DNA of 64,000 nucleotides from Thermoplasmatota archaeon (GCA_965234725.1 CBDDUX010000063.1:1-64000); one strand, 5' to 3'. Positions 9,456 through 21,700 are shown, numbered from the stretch's first letter. Program-made: numbers and translations. The notes: a model not told the origin generated them from the letters alone.

Positions 9456-9490
9456 AATGGGAGGATGGGGATCTCCCCCCTCCTCCCATT
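9456..9490 (+). terminator. Stem-loop after pnp
   Basis: AATGGGAGGA/TCCTCCCATT 10-bp outer stem plus inner GGGGA/TCCCC. Confidence 0.55.
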
Positions 9491-9550
9491 GAATCCTCAT
9501 AACATTTTTATAATTCTAACATGTGGCCCACTGATATAGGAGATGAAAGG

Positions 9551-10357
9551 ATGGAGAAGGATAACTTCGACCACATCGTCGAGGCCAGAGAGGTCGTCAA
9601 GATATACGATACAGGTAGTGTTAAGGTCAATGCTTTGAGGGGGATAGATCTCAAGGTAGGGAAGGGTGAGATGGTTGCTATAATGGGACCTTCCGGATGC
9701 GGCAAGACCACATTACTCAACTGCCTTTCAGGACTTGACGACGTAACATCAGGATCGGCCTTGATAGAAGGGACGGACCTTGCAAAGATGAAGGATAATC
9801 AGAGGACCGAATACAGGGCAAAGAACATGGGATTCGTTTTCCAATTCTACAATCTTCTCCCGGTCCTGACCGCTGTTGAGAACGTTGAAATGGTACTTCT
9901 CCTGAGTGGTGTCAGGCCCAAAGAGGCCCGCAAGAAAGCAGAAGAAGCATTGGCTGTTGTAGGTTTAAAAGGATTGGAGAAGCACAGACCTTCCCAGCTC
10001 TCAGGTGGACAGAGGCAGAGGGTTACGATGGCCAGGGCCCTTGTGAACGAACCAAAGATCGTCTGGGCCGATGAACCCACCGGAGATCTGGATAAAGCGA
10101 ATTCCAACGATGTCATGGAATTGATGAAGGACCTGAACCGCAGGCTCAAGATGACATTCGTCATCGTCACTCACGATCCTGATGTCGCCTCCAAATGCAG
10201 AAGGATCATCCACATGGAGGACGGTCTCATAGTGAAGGATGTTCCGATCACAGCAAAGGGAGCGTTAACACATCCCAGAGCTGGCGAATACGAGGGCAGA
10301 AGGGAACAGGACCTGGGTGCGGCCAAGATTTCCTTGGAGCAGAGAGCTTCACTTTGA
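9551..10357 (+). CDS. ABC transporter ATP-binding protein (LolD/MacB-like)
   Basis: [27 protein letters not shown]. Confidence 0.95.
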   Translation: MEKDNFDHIVEAREVVKIYDTGSVKVNALRGIDLKVGKGEMVAIMGPSGCGKTTLLNCLSGLDDVTSGSALIEGTDLAKMKDNQRTEYRAKNMGFVFQFYNLLPVLTAVENVEMVLLLSGVRPKEARKKAEEALAVVGLKGLEKHRPSQLSGGQRQRVTMARALVNEPKIVWADEPTGDLDKANSNDVMELMKDLNRRLKMTFVIVTHDPDVASKCRRIIHMEDGLIVKDVPITAKGALTHPRAGEYEGRREQDLGAAKISLEQRASL

Positions 10358-10398
10358 TCGGGGGTGTTCTTCTGGTCTCATTTAGAAAGACATTGAGC

Positions 10399-13300
10399 AT
10401 GGTATCCGAGATCGGTCTGACAATTTTCCTATTCATTCTGGTACTGACAGTAATTCTTGGTCTGTATGTTGTCCCTGGCCAAATGAAACCATTGATCACC
10501 ATGTTGGCCCTGTTCTTCCTGGTCATTACACTGTTTTGGATTGGCATCCTGGCGGTTCTTCACAGATTGCTCTTCAAGATGGGGCTCAGGAACCTGGTGA
10601 GACACAGAAGCGACACTATCATTGCGATCCTGGGATTCATGGTGGGGACATCGATCATCTGTTCATCCATGGCCATCGGTGACACCATGTCATCGATGAT
10701 CGAGGACCTTGTTTACGACTCCTATAATTTAACTGATGAATACATGGTAATAAACGATGCCAACGGCGAACCTCTGGACATCAACGGAACATTTGCTACG
10801 AGGATGTCAGATATTATCTGGTCACTTCAAGATGAAGACCTTGTGGACGGAGTGTCATGGGAGTACACCCATCAGGTATCTGCCATTGACATGAGTACCA
10901 TGCTGTTCGAACCTGTCATTACATGCAGGGCCCTGAACCCTGGAACATACAATGCTTTCGGATCACTAAGGTCCGGAGGGTCTCAGCTTGATTATAACCT
11001 GGGCCCCGGCGAGGTATATATGAGCAAGGACCTGAAAGAGAAACTTGAGTCCAATGTGGGAAGCGTTGTGACGGTCTCCACAGGGCCCAATACCTACAAT
11101 TTCACCGTGAAAGCGATCGTGGATGAAGAAGGCAGGGCCAAAAGTCTGGGTGGAGCAGGCCTCTACATGGACTTTCGATCGATCTGGGACCTTGCGAACG
11201 TGACACCAGAAGAAGAAGGTCCGGTCGGATCCGACAGGGACTGGAAGGGTGGAGTTTACAATATCCTCTATATCTCCAATACAGGAGGGAGAGTTGGAGG
11301 TGGCGACCTATGTCCGGATGTAATGGACAGGCTGGAAGAGGAATTCGGTTCGATCGAGCACCCCCTTGGTCCTTTGATGGAACTGAGCATCACAGCCAAC
11401 AAGAAGGAGAGCGTAGATAATGCGATCCAATCCTTTGACATGTTCACCAAATTGTTCCTGGTCCTTGGCACCTTCACAATAATTGCAGGAATAACCCTTA
11501 TCATCAATATCTTCGTCATGCTTTCAGAGGAGAGGAAGGAGGAAATGGGGATCTCTAGAGCAGTGGGAATGCGAAGAAAGGACCTGAGACTTACCTATCT
11601 ATTCGAAGGTCTTGTCTATTCGACCGTATCATCGTTCATCGGGGTGATATTGGGTGTCCTATCCGGTCTGGGAATGATCTGGGGTATGCAATCCATATTC
11701 GATTCTTTTGGAGCTGGTGGATTGGACCTTCTGGGCAACTATACGGTCACTCCCTTTTCTCTGGTCCTTAGCTTCATTGCAGGCTTCACCATCACAATTA
11801 CCACCACGCTTTTCATTACCAGAAGAGTGGCCAAACTGAACATAGTCTCCGCGATAAGGAACACTCCGATACCAAAGAAGAGACCCTATCTTGTCAAGTT
11901 GAGCCAGGAGATATGCGGTGTATATGATGTCAAGACTTGCTCCGGGGATGACTCGGCACTATCAAAGGTCCTCCAGTATCTGTTCGACAAGATGACAATA
12001 CTTGGTTTCATGTCAATAATGATCGGGATCCCGCTACTGGTCCTGGGTGTCATGATCAAGCAAATGGCACCCACGAGCCTGGGGATCTCATTGATGCTGA
12101 TCGGAATTGCGCTTGTCATCAAATACTTCACAAATGAAAGGATCACTTATTCGATCGCAGGTATCCTTGTCCTCCTGTTCTGGATCGTTCCCCTTCCCAT
12201 TTTCAATGATTACTCCGGGAACCTGGAGATGTTCATCCTTTCCGGTATCTTCATGGTATCATCGGCCGTTCTTCTCCTTGTCTGGAACACAGATATAATC
12301 CTCTGGGTGGTCGAGAAGGTAGTGACATTAATCGGAGCTTCTCCCGCAGCCATCAAAACAGCTATCTCCTATCCGATAAAGAAGAGGTTCAGGACCGGTG
12401 TTACGATATTCATGTTCGCCCTGATCATATTCACCATCACCGGGATGTCCATGATCGTTCACATAATGAGTGTCAACATCGAGAGTTGGGAGGAGACCAT
12501 CGGAGGCGGATACAATGTCATAGGTGTTTCAAATGTAGGTATAGATAACATCGAACAGGCGACCCTGGAAGAGGAATCCGTCATTCCACTTGACATCAAA
12601 GTGCATGACAGGATCGACTGGAATAGAACGATCTCCATTTCCGTAGGCATACTTTCCATTAACTTATCCATCTCATATCAAGGAATGACATTTGAGAACG
12701 AGATGATCTCCCAATGCGCGGGTGTTGGGTTGGATTTCATAGAGAGGAACACGTATGGTTTCTCTACCGTGGATTGGGACCTTGTTTACCCGGAAGGCAG
12801 TAAGGTCAAAGATGACCGGGATGTCTGGACCGCTCTGATGAACGATCCGGACTATGTGGTCCTTGACGGATCCATGGGGGGAGATAGTCCTTTCGGTCCC
12901 GCTGGAGGAGGAGGGGGCCTTCTCGATGTAGGAGATGTGATTGAACTAAAAACAGTTGACGGGACCATTCACAACAAGACCATCATTGGGTTCACCGAAC
13001 AGATGGCGATCTACGGTGTCTTCATGTTCAATGAGACAGCGGCTTCCCAGTTCGGTGTGACCGAGAAGAAGGTCCATCTGATAACTGTCAAGAGCGGAAA
13101 TTCAGATAATGAGGTAGCCAACGACCTGAAGAGGGTCCTATTGCGATACGGAATGTTTACTTTCATCGTTTCGGATATCATAGATCAGATCCTGGAAGCC
13201 CAGAATGCTTTCTTCAATCTGTTCAACGCCTTCCTGTCCCTGGGGTTGGTCATCGGGGTGATCGGACTCAGCATAGTCACGTTGAGGGCCGTATATGAAA

Positions 13301-13605
13301 GAAGGCACGAGATCGGCATGATGAGGGCAATTGGCTTCAAGAGGAGCTCTGTTGTTTGGTCCTTTATGGGAGAGTCCGCATTCATCGCCGGGTCAGGATT
13401 ACTGCTTGGTACGGTCCTGGGGATCATCCTGGGATGGATGCTGTGGAGGGATTCCTTCGGCGAGACCATGACCGAGTTCGGGGTTCCATGGGCCAAACTG
13501 CTCGGGATAGTGTCTCTGGCATTCGGAGTGGCTCTGCTTTCCTCCATACCACCTGCACTCAAAGCTGCCAGGGTGGTACCTGCAGAAGCACTAAGATACG
13601 ATTAA
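10399..13605 (+). CDS. FtsX/MacB-like ABC permease with two permease modules
   Basis: EERKEEMGISRAVGM and YERRHEIGMMRAIGF motifs, C-terminal PAEALRYD; start uncertain (ORF open from 10195). Confidence 0.9.
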   Translation: MVSEIGLTIFLFILVLTVILGLYVVPGQMKPLITMLALFFLVITLFWIGILAVLHRLLFKMGLRNLVRHRSDTIIAILGFMVGTSIICSSMAIGDTMSSMIEDLVYDSYNLTDEYMVINDANGEPLDINGTFATRMSDIIWSLQDEDLVDGVSWEYTHQVSAIDMSTMLFEPVITCRALNPGTYNAFGSLRSGGSQLDYNLGPGEVYMSKDLKEKLESNVGSVVTVSTGPNTYNFTVKAIVDEEGRAKSLGGAGLYMDFRSIWDLANVTPEEEGPVGSDRDWKGGVYNILYISNTGGRVGGGDLCPDVMDRLEEEFGSIEHPLGPLMELSITANKKESVDNAIQSFDMFTKLFLVLGTFTIIAGITLIINIFVMLSEERKEEMGISRAVGMRRKDLRLTYLFEGLVYSTVSSFIGVILGVLSGLGMIWGMQSIFDSFGAGGLDLLGNYTVTPFSLVLSFIAGFTITITTTLFITRRVAKLNIVSAIRNTPIPKKRPYLVKLSQEICGVYDVKTCSGDDSALSKVLQYLFDKMTILGFMSIMIGIPLLVLGVMIKQMAPTSLGISLMLIGIALVIKYFTNERITYSIAGILVLLFWIVPLPIFNDYSGNLEMFILSGIFMVSSAVLLLVWNTDIILWVVEKVVTLIGASPAAIKTAISYPIKKRFRTGVTIFMFALIIFTITGMSMIVHIMSVNIESWEETIGGGYNVIGVSNVGIDNIEQATLEEESVIPLDIKVHDRIDWNRTISISVGILSINLSISYQGMTFENEMISQCAGVGLDFIERNTYGFSTVDWDLVYPEGSKVKDDRDVWTALMNDPDYVVLDGSMGGDSPFGPAGGGGGLLDVGDVIELKTVDGTIHNKTIIGFTEQMAIYGVFMFNETAASQFGVTEKKVHLITVKSGNSDNEVANDLKRVLLRYGMFTFIVSDIIDQILEAQNAFFNLFNAFLSLGLVIGVIGLSIVTLRAVYERRHEIGMMRAIGFKRSSVVWSFMGESAFIAGSGLLLGTVLGIILGWMLWRDSFGETMTEFGVPWAKLLGIVSLAFGVALLSSIPPALKAARVVPAEALRYD

Positions 13606-13627
13606 TGAAAAGTTTTTGGACCTGATA

Positions 13628-13975
13628 TCACAGGTCCAATGAATTTTCCCAGAGACCGTGTATATTGCAGTAAGATGTTGCTACAATGGATTTGAAGTCT
13701 CCCAGATTCACATGGAAATCAGCCGATGGCTCTGTATATGATGGTGAGAAATTGGCCTTTCCAAGGTCTATGACCATTCCGTTCTGCTTCACTCCCACAA
13801 GCTGTGCCCATGCAATGTGATGTTCGATTGTATTCGGATGAGCGACAGTTTTTCCAACAATGATCCTAACAAGGTCCTTTCCGCCCTTTCCATCTCCCTT
13901 GCATATCTCCAGCTCCGGAACGTGCTTCTCTTTTCCCTCGCTTTCTCCACTCTTGTATATCTCACATGTATGCAT
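13628..13975 (-). CDS. sor: Superoxide reductase (neelaredoxin/1Fe-SOR)
   Basis: EKHVP, HPNTIEHHIAW, YCNIHGLW iron ligands. Confidence 0.92.
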   Translation of the reverse strand: MHTCEIYKSGESEGKEKHVPELEICKGDGKGGKDLVRIIVGKTVAHPNTIEHHIAWAQLVGVKQNGMVIDLGKANFSPSYTEPSADFHVNLGDFKSIVATSYCNIHGLWENSLDL

Positions 13976-14133
13976 CTTATCACCTTTTTGGGTCCAAGGC
14001 CCTCTTCCAAGGCCTTTTCTTGTTCCTGTAACAGTTGGAGATGCAATAAACCTGTTGATTACCCATATGCCTGAAATGTTAAAGGTACACCGATCCCCTC
14101 AATCTTTTATTATCACCTGAGGAATACCCCATC

Positions 14134-15540
14134 ATGGACAGAAGGATCCTTATCGGGATTCCTGCGGCTATCATTGCCCTCGCCCTGGTCTCTGTCGTTG
14201 TGATCAATGCCGATTCACTACTAGGCAGCGATGATGGATCCGTGTTCCTGATCGATTTCGATCATCAGATGGCCGGCAACCATGTTAAGGAACTCGTGAA
14301 GTGGGGGCCGAGGATGACAGGTTCGGAAGCTGAGTTGAAAGGAGCAGAATATATTGCTGCTCAATTCCAGGATGCCGGTCTGGAGGACGTGCATATCGAA
14401 GAATTTCAGGTTCCCATGTTCGAGGTAGTGGATGCCAAGGTCTCGCTTGTGGAATATTACAACCGTTTAAAAATACCAAGGCCCATGGGAAATGAAGTTG
14501 CTTTCGAGCATATCAAGGATTTCGTCCTTCAAGGATATTCAGGATCCCTGAATTGGGGTGATTTCAGGGACGATATGAACGTGGCCCTGATCGGAAATGG
14601 CACCGACCCTGAATCCTTTACAGATGCAAGGGGAAAGGTCTGTTTTGTCCAGCAAACAGCAGATACACCTGGAAATTCCGATCTGTATTTCCATGCATAT
14701 CAGGCAGGAGCTCTTGCCATCGTCCTTCAGAACACATGGAGAGGCAAGGAGTTGGGTTACCTCCCCATGTTCAAGACCAACCAGAATCCGGTGAACTACG
14801 ATCAGTATCCTGACATCCCGTTCTTCATGGTATCGAAGGACATGGGCGATCAGATACTGGACAGGACGAATGACCTTGGATACAAGCTCAGGATAGATTT
14901 TGACGTCAGGATAGGAACCTATCCATGCAGAGTTGTAGTAGGGGACCTGAAAGGAAAGAGCGATGATGGGATGATCATCTTCGGTGCCCACCATGATACA
15001 TGCTACAATACCATCGGAGCCGTGGATAATACCGTTGGACCGGCCACACTGATCGAGATCGCCAGGGGAATGGCAGGACATACACCTGACAGCACCATCA
15101 GGTTCACCACATATGGAGGTGAGGAGGAAGGCCTCTTCGGGTCCACCGAATATTACAATGCTCACGAGGCTGATTTCCAAAAAAATGTGGACCTCTACAT
15201 CAATTTCGACATGGCTCATGTGGACCCGGATACCAACAGCTTCACGATCACCACCACGATCAATTCGTCAATATCCCGTTTGAAGGACATCAAGAAGGAA
15301 CTCCTCAAAGCTGAACCGGGCCTTGAAGAGTATGAGATAGATGTTATCTATGATGATATGAAATGGGCTGCCTCAGACCACTGGGCTTATGTAAATGATG
15401 GACATGATGCCATGGGAGGCTGGGGTTCCGGATGCATTGAATACCATACGTACAAGGATGACCTCTCCCACCTGAACGCTGAATCCCTCCAGATCGGTGG
15501 AAGGATCCTTGGAAGCTATGCTTTGATGGCAGCTACCTGA
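14134..15540 (+). CDS. Membrane-anchored M28 metallopeptidase with PA domain
   Basis: N-terminal TM; GAHHDT, GAVDN, GEEEGLFGS, NFDM, ASDH, YHTYKD. Confidence 0.9.
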   Translation: MDRRILIGIPAAIIALALVSVVVINADSLLGSDDGSVFLIDFDHQMAGNHVKELVKWGPRMTGSEAELKGAEYIAAQFQDAGLEDVHIEEFQVPMFEVVDAKVSLVEYYNRLKIPRPMGNEVAFEHIKDFVLQGYSGSLNWGDFRDDMNVALIGNGTDPESFTDARGKVCFVQQTADTPGNSDLYFHAYQAGALAIVLQNTWRGKELGYLPMFKTNQNPVNYDQYPDIPFFMVSKDMGDQILDRTNDLGYKLRIDFDVRIGTYPCRVVVGDLKGKSDDGMIIFGAHHDTCYNTIGAVDNTVGPATLIEIARGMAGHTPDSTIRFTTYGGEEEGLFGSTEYYNAHEADFQKNVDLYINFDMAHVDPDTNSFTITTTINSSISRLKDIKKELLKAEPGLEEYEIDVIYDDMKWAASDHWAYVNDGHDAMGGWGSGCIEYHTYKDDLSHLNAESLQIGGRILGSYALMAAT

Positions 15541-15576
15541 ATTCCTCCTCAATATCTATAATTATAATGATTTCCA

Positions 15577-16371
15577 TTGTTGAACGGGGGTTCTGATTTG
15601 AATAAAGATGATGATGGAATATTTAAAAAACTGAGAGTCTTCAATCTCGTCATGGCGGTCCTGCATTTTCTTCAGGGTTTGTTAATGATCGTCATAAGCA
15701 ACGATTTCACAATAACCGTCACCAGAGGTTTCCTTGATTTCGACCCGATCACGGAGAGGCTCTATCCCGACACCGCTGATGTGATAGATATCAGGCTAGG
15801 GCCCTTGATAGCTTCTTTTCTGTTCCTCTCCTCATTGGCCCACCTGCTCATTGGGACCGGTCTTTTCAAGAGTTATGTCAAGGACCTAAAAAAGGGGATG
15901 AACAGATTCCGCTGGTACGAATACTCCCTCAGTGCTTCGTTGATGATCGTTGCTATCGCCATGCTCACAGGCATCTATGATGCAGGGACCCTGATCCTGA
16001 TCTTCTTCATGAACATGATGATGATACTTTTCGGACTCAGGATGGAGGTCCACAACCAGGGAAAAAAGAAGCTCGACTGGGACCCGTTCATTTACGGATG
16101 CATAGCAGGGATCGTTCCCTGGATCGCCATAGGGATCTATCTGATTGGTGCAGGGGGAGGTGATGGAGGACCTCCAGATTTCGTCTATTACATATACATC
16201 TCTCTTGCGGTGTTCTTCAATTGTTTCGCCATCAACATGGTCCTTCAATACAAGAAGGTCTGGAAATGGAGGAACTATCTGTTCGGAGAAACGATCTATA
16301 TCATTCTCAGCCTGGTAGCCAAATCCCTTCTTGCATGGCAGGTCTTTGCAGGAACCCTCAGGCCGGGATGA
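15577..16371 (+). CDS. heR: Heliorhodopsin
   Basis: 7 TM; LHFLQG, SLAHL, NRFRWYEYSLSASLM, YIILSLVAKSLLAWQVF (retinal Lys in SxxxK). Confidence 0.95.
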   Translation: MLNGGSDLNKDDDGIFKKLRVFNLVMAVLHFLQGLLMIVISNDFTITVTRGFLDFDPITERLYPDTADVIDIRLGPLIASFLFLSSLAHLLIGTGLFKSYVKDLKKGMNRFRWYEYSLSASLMIVAIAMLTGIYDAGTLILIFFMNMMMILFGLRMEVHNQGKKKLDWDPFIYGCIAGIVPWIAIGIYLIGAGGGDGGPPDFVYYIYISLAVFFNCFAINMVLQYKKVWKWRNYLFGETIYIILSLVAKSLLAWQVFAGTLRPG

Positions 16372-16451
16372 TAAAAAAACTCCAACCCAAGTAAGAAAAC
16401 CATGCTTGAACTGATAGATGTTAAATATGGAGGTCATGGTTCTCATCGAAG

Positions 16452-17258
16452 ATGGCAAAGCTATCAACCTTCAAAGGCAGGAAGGTCCTCATAACCGGTG
16501 GTTCCTCAGGCATCGGTCTGGCAACAGCAAAGGCCCTTTCAGCCAAGGGAGCAGAGGTCCTGATCACCGCCAGGGATAGAACGAAATTGAAGAGAGCGGG
16601 GAAGGATGTTTCGGGTATCATCTCCATATATGTTTCTGATGTTTCGGACCTGGAAAGTGTAAAAGAGCTTTCAAAGGAGATCGAAAAAGATCATGGAAAG
16701 ATAGACATTCTCATCAATTCAGCCGGCATCGTCCATCCTGCCAGGTTCCAGGACCAGACCTTTGAGGAGCTCTCAGCCCAGATCAATATCAACCTGATGG
16801 GAACTATTTTCGTAACGAAAGCAATTCTTCCATTGATCAGGACCCCTGGACACATCGTAAATATCTCATCAGTTGTGGGATTCATTGGTTTATATGGATA
16901 CACTGCCTATTCCGCTTCCAAGTTTGGCATCTTAGGATTTTCCGAAGCTCTTAGAATGGAACTGGAACCAGACGGGATAGGGGTTTCCGTCGTTTTCCCA
17001 CCGGATACCGACACTCCACAACTGGAATTGGAGAACAGGACCAAACCACGAGAGCTCAAGTCCATTTCGAGCAGTATAAAACCGATATCACCCGAAATGG
17101 TTGCTGACTCCATTACGAAAGGGATCATTTCAGGGGATTTCCTCATATTCCCAGATGGAGGTTCACGATCAACATACATCGCCTCACGAATGGCAGGTCC
17201 ACTGGTCCGGTCATGGATGGACAGACAGGTAAGGAGATCAGGAAAAGGGAATGATTGA
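16452..17258 (+). CDS. SDR oxidoreductase, KDSR-like subgroup
   Basis: TGGSSGIG, NSAG, YSASK, VVFPPDTDTPQLELENRTKP. Confidence 0.88.
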   Translation: MAKLSTFKGRKVLITGGSSGIGLATAKALSAKGAEVLITARDRTKLKRAGKDVSGIISIYVSDVSDLESVKELSKEIEKDHGKIDILINSAGIVHPARFQDQTFEELSAQININLMGTIFVTKAILPLIRTPGHIVNISSVVGFIGLYGYTAYSASKFGILGFSEALRMELEPDGIGVSVVFPPDTDTPQLELENRTKPRELKSISSSIKPISPEMVADSITKGIISGDFLIFPDGGSRSTYIASRMAGPLVRSWMDRQVRRSGKGND

Positions 17259-17988
17259 TATGGAAAGACCCTTAAAACAAGTGATAATCGTGGTTGTCGT
17301 TATCCTTCTGATCACTGTCTTGACAGCAGGCATTATAGTCCAACGTAAAGCAGGGGGGGCAGGTGCCGATGTGGGTCTGATAAACCTTACAATCGATGGT
17401 GAAAATGCGAATATATCCGCCGAGATCGACATAACACCCGCCGTGGACCAGGACGGAACCGATCTGAAACTTGACATCGGAGACCCTCCGATAAGACTCG
17501 ATTACAGGGGTGATCACATCTCGGCCTCTTTGACAGAGAATGATTTCAGGGAATTGGTGGAAAGGGAGGATGTCAACATCACAGGGAAGGTAAAGACCCG
17601 ATTGATCGGCCCTCTGGACATGACCTTTCGGATCAAAGAAAAGGTGAATATATCCTTCATCCACGAGTTATCCGAATCCATGAACGTTACCAATGTCACC
17701 GTCAAATTCTTCCCGTTCTCGGATCCTGTGATCAACTTCGATATCCAAGCAAACGTTTCATCGGATTTCCAGCTGAACATCACCAATACCAAGGCCAAAT
17801 TGACCTCACCGATCCGGGTTTTCGATGCCAATATCAGGAACCTCCATTTTCGTACAGGCGAAGGTGGACATGCTGAAATATCCATCCCCCCCCTCAATCT
17901 TCTTGGATTGGCGCTCTACACGAGGGGGATAATGGTCGAAGCGTGGGGGATCATGATCCAGGTCGACATCCCACTTTTCAGTGGATGA
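17251..17988 (+). CDS. Hypothetical membrane-anchored protein
   Basis: N-terminal TM and beta-rich body; overlaps upstream stop. Confidence 0.65.
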   Translation: MIDMERPLKQVIIVVVVILLITVLTAGIIVQRKAGGAGADVGLINLTIDGENANISAEIDITPAVDQDGTDLKLDIGDPPIRLDYRGDHISASLTENDFRELVEREDVNITGKVKTRLIGPLDMTFRIKEKVNISFIHELSESMNVTNVTVKFFPFSDPVINFDIQANVSSDFQLNITNTKAKLTSPIRVFDANIRNLHFRTGEGGHAEISIPPLNLLGLALYTRGIMVEAWGIMIQVDIPLFSG

Positions 17989-18718
17989 AAAGTCCTCCGT
18001 TTATATCCAGAGTGGCACCTGCGATATATGAGGAGAGGTCTGAAAGCAAGAATATCACAGGACCTGCCATCTCTTCAGGAGATCCTATCCTTCCAAGAGG
18101 GACCCCTTTTATCCTTTCCCTTCTCTTTTCGGAACTGTCCCCTGCAAGGATATCTGTGTCCACATATCCCGGTGCGATGGAGTTCACTCTTATCAAGGGT
18201 GCCAATTCAAGGGCAAGTGAACGTGATAGACCCAGCATACCTGCCTTGGAGGCCGCATAGTCGGCACCAGAGGCCGATCCCCTGAATGCGAGCTGAGACG
18301 ACACCATGACTATGGACCCATGGTCCATCAAGGGAAGAGCGGACTTCACGGTATTGAAGGCTCCTTGAAGATTGATCTTCAGTGTCCTTTCCCAGCTGTA
18401 GGAATCCAGTTCAGAGAAGGATGATCTGGCATAGATACCTGCATTGACCACCAATCCATCCAGTTTCTTCAATGTGGTTTTCTCGATGAAATCCTTCATC
18501 GCGACCTTGATCTCATCCTTTTTCGATGAATCAGCTTTGAAAGAATGACAGATATCTTCTCTCCCTTCCACAATTTCTTTGGCATCGATATCAGAATTAA
18601 GATAAGTGAAACCAGTAACGGCACCTTCTCTCAGCCCTGCTTCCACAATAGCCCTTCCAATACCCCTGGAACCACCTGTAACGAACAAACTCTTCCCATC
18701 AAGTATACCCTGTTTCAT
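17978..18718 (-). CDS. SDR oxidoreductase (FabG-like)
   Basis: TGGSRGIG, VNAG, YAASK, VNSIAPG, DINGG. Confidence 0.9.
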   Translation of the reverse strand: MKQGILDGKSLFVTGGSRGIGRAIVEAGLREGAVTGFTYLNSDIDAKEIVEGREDICHSFKADSSKKDEIKVAMKDFIEKTTLKKLDGLVVNAGIYARSSFSELDSYSWERTLKINLQGAFNTVKSALPLMDHGSIVMVSSQLAFRGSASGADYAASKAGMLGLSRSLALELAPLIRVNSIAPGYVDTDILAGDSSEKRRERIKGVPLGRIGSPEEMAGPVIFLLSDLSSYIAGATLDINGGLFIH

Positions 18719-21700
18719 TCCATCTCCTCGTTGTATGGATTCACTTCACCGCAAAAAGGGCATTCATCTCTGGTAAACGGGTATACATTGGAGCATTCCG
18801 GACATTCCACAGCATCATCCGGATCCAATTCCTCTCTGATGGACCATTCCTCCTCCACTCCATTCCCCCTCTTTGAACGGTAACCCATTACAACAAATAG
18901 AACACCCATTAAGGCAAGGAGGAAGACCAGGACCGAGATCAGAAGGACCAGCCACCAAGGAATTTCGATATCACTACCGCCTTTCCCATTATCCACCAAT
19001 GGATCTGAATCCATTTGATACTCCTTTAGATTGGATCGGCCATCACCATCGGGATCCTCTTCGGCATCCGTTGGGTCCTTGGGATCAAAGCCATATTTTA
19101 TCTCCCAATCATCGGGCATACCATCACCATCATCGTCATCGTCCAGATGATCGAATATCTCATCCCCGTCTGTATCCAATGGTATCGAAGAACTTGAAAG
19201 GGGATCCGTCCCAGCTTCGATCTCCAATTCATCGGGGAAACCATCACCGTCATCATCAAGGTCGGCATTGTTCCCGATCCCGTCCCCATCCGTATCCAAC
19301 CACTCCAGAGGATCCGATGGGAATACATCCACGATATTGGTATAACCATCCGAATCTGAATCCAGTTCAGGGTCCAGGAGAGAAACGATTATGATATCCT
19401 TCAGGACCTCTGTGGTTCCCAGGGGGAAGTTCAATATGTTGGTCTGGGACGAATAATTGATCCCCAGTACCTGGGAATAATTACCATTCCAATGTGAAAG
19501 GACCCTGCTGGAACTCCCCAGAACATCACTGTTGAAAAGTGACAACTCCACAGATACCAGGATATATCTGATGTTTTCAATATTTCCTGTCAACCTGAAA
19601 GAAAGTAATTTGACCTCGTATTGACCGCTTGGATCACCAGGAAATGTGTCGGTCAGGAGTAAGATATCGACAATCCTGTGGTAGGTGATCTTCACCTTGA
19701 GCTTCCCACCATATCCATCGATGGTCTTCTCCTTTTCAAGATCCGGAATGTAAAGATCGAAGGTTTCGGTCAGGTTACCCAGGTTTCCATCAGAACATGA
19801 AAAGGAATATAGGTGATCTCCAGGACCTGGTCTGATCTCAACGGAATATAGGATCCCGAGGACTGGATCGTGAGGAATTGGCATCATTGGGGAGAGATTG
19901 TATTCCATTCCATCAAGTAAGAGGATGATCTCTGAAGGCAGGTCTCCATCGATGTCGGTGAAAAGGACCTCGAAACGGAAGAGATCATCATCGATCCAGG
20001 TATGGTTGGGGGCAGTTAGGGTCGGAGGATCGTTCAAGGGAAGTACAGTGACGTAGATGGTCCCTGAGATCGTATTGTTCCTGGAATCCCGTAAAGTAAC
20101 TGTGATCGATCCTGAACCGTTGACATCCCGCAAGGAGGAGATATTGAGTATCGTTCCGTTCTGTGAAACAGCGAATACCTGTTCTTCTGCCTGCTTTACC
20201 TCGATACTGACAGAGACAGGATCATCCTTGTCCGGATCATCGAAAAAGGGAGAGATATCCAAGATCTCAAATGTGTCCTCATCGATCACGACCTCGGGAA
20301 GAGGACCCGTGAAAAAAGGAGGATAGAATACAGGTTCGAAAAAGACATCAACATTCTTGGTGATGTTGGTCCTTCCATCTGAAACGGTAAGATTGACGGA
20401 CATCTCAGGTTGTGTACCATCTCCAAAGAGGAAGACAAATGACATGTTCCCCCTGTCGAAAGTGACATTTTGCGGATCTGTTGTGGAGACAATAAGGCTT
20501 TCATAAGGAGTATCCTCATCCTTGATATCCACCAAGAGGTCCAGAGGAACATCCTCAACCACGTAGAGAAGAGTATACGGAAGCAGGAACTTCGGAGGAT
20601 CATCCCTGAACACCACTGTCACATTCATCGAGTATGACCTGGTATCATAACCGTCGGAAAGGTTGATGAAAACCCTCTCGCTTTCCAGATCCTGGTCCTC
20701 GTAAACAAAGACCAACTCTCCATGAACACCATCAAACCAGACATTTTGTGAGGTAATATTGATGTCCACACTACCAGCATTGTTACGATCAAGTAAATTG
20801 GATTGGAGGACCATGTATTGGTCCTCATATGCAAAGAAAGACCCCGGAATATTGGTCATCTCCGGAGGCCAGGAGTACTGGACATTGGAGTTGAACTGAT
20901 AATTGCCAACAACGGATATCGATCTGTTATTGTAATGGGTGAAGGGCATATCCCTCATCACGATCAAGTATCGACCCGTAGAGGGGTCCTTTCCACTTGA
21001 ATTATAAGTGAATCCTCTGAGAAGTGTCATAGGGACCTGACCTGTCTCGTTGACATAATGGTTCATTTGATCCATACCATAACCATCTCGGATGGTTACC
21101 TCCACATCTCCCCGGAGAACACCTTCTTTATCCACCACGTTCAATGAAGCATACGCAAAGGTTTCGATCTCGGAGAGACCATCCTTTATCAGGAACGTTG
21201 TATCATCGAATGTGGTATTGGATAAGGAAAGACTGGAGCCTCCATCCAGAACTGCCGTAATATTAGTAAGGGAGAATGTGGAGTTCCTCACATAAACCTC
21301 TGAAGAAGTTGAATTAATGGTCTCTTTTGCACCGATCACAGAGGTACTTTCAAGGACTGCCTTCCCACCGTTGATCCTGATTCCCTTCCAAATACCAATT
21401 GAAGGGGGTCCAATGGATCTCAGGGTCACCGTACCGTTTTCCGATCCCACGGACAACTCTCCTTCCACGAATAATCCCCCGCTTTGTCCGAAATCAACCT
21501 CCACACCGGATGTGATCTCAAGTTCCACCCCTTGAAACACCATTATCGTTCCATTAACGATATAGGGAGATCCCGAGGGGTCCCAAATAGTATTGGTAAC
21601 GATATCCTCCTCTACATATGAACCAGGCTGGGGTCCGCTTCCCTTTGATGATGGAATGATATTCAAGAAAGGAAAGACCAGGAGGAAGATTATCATTATT

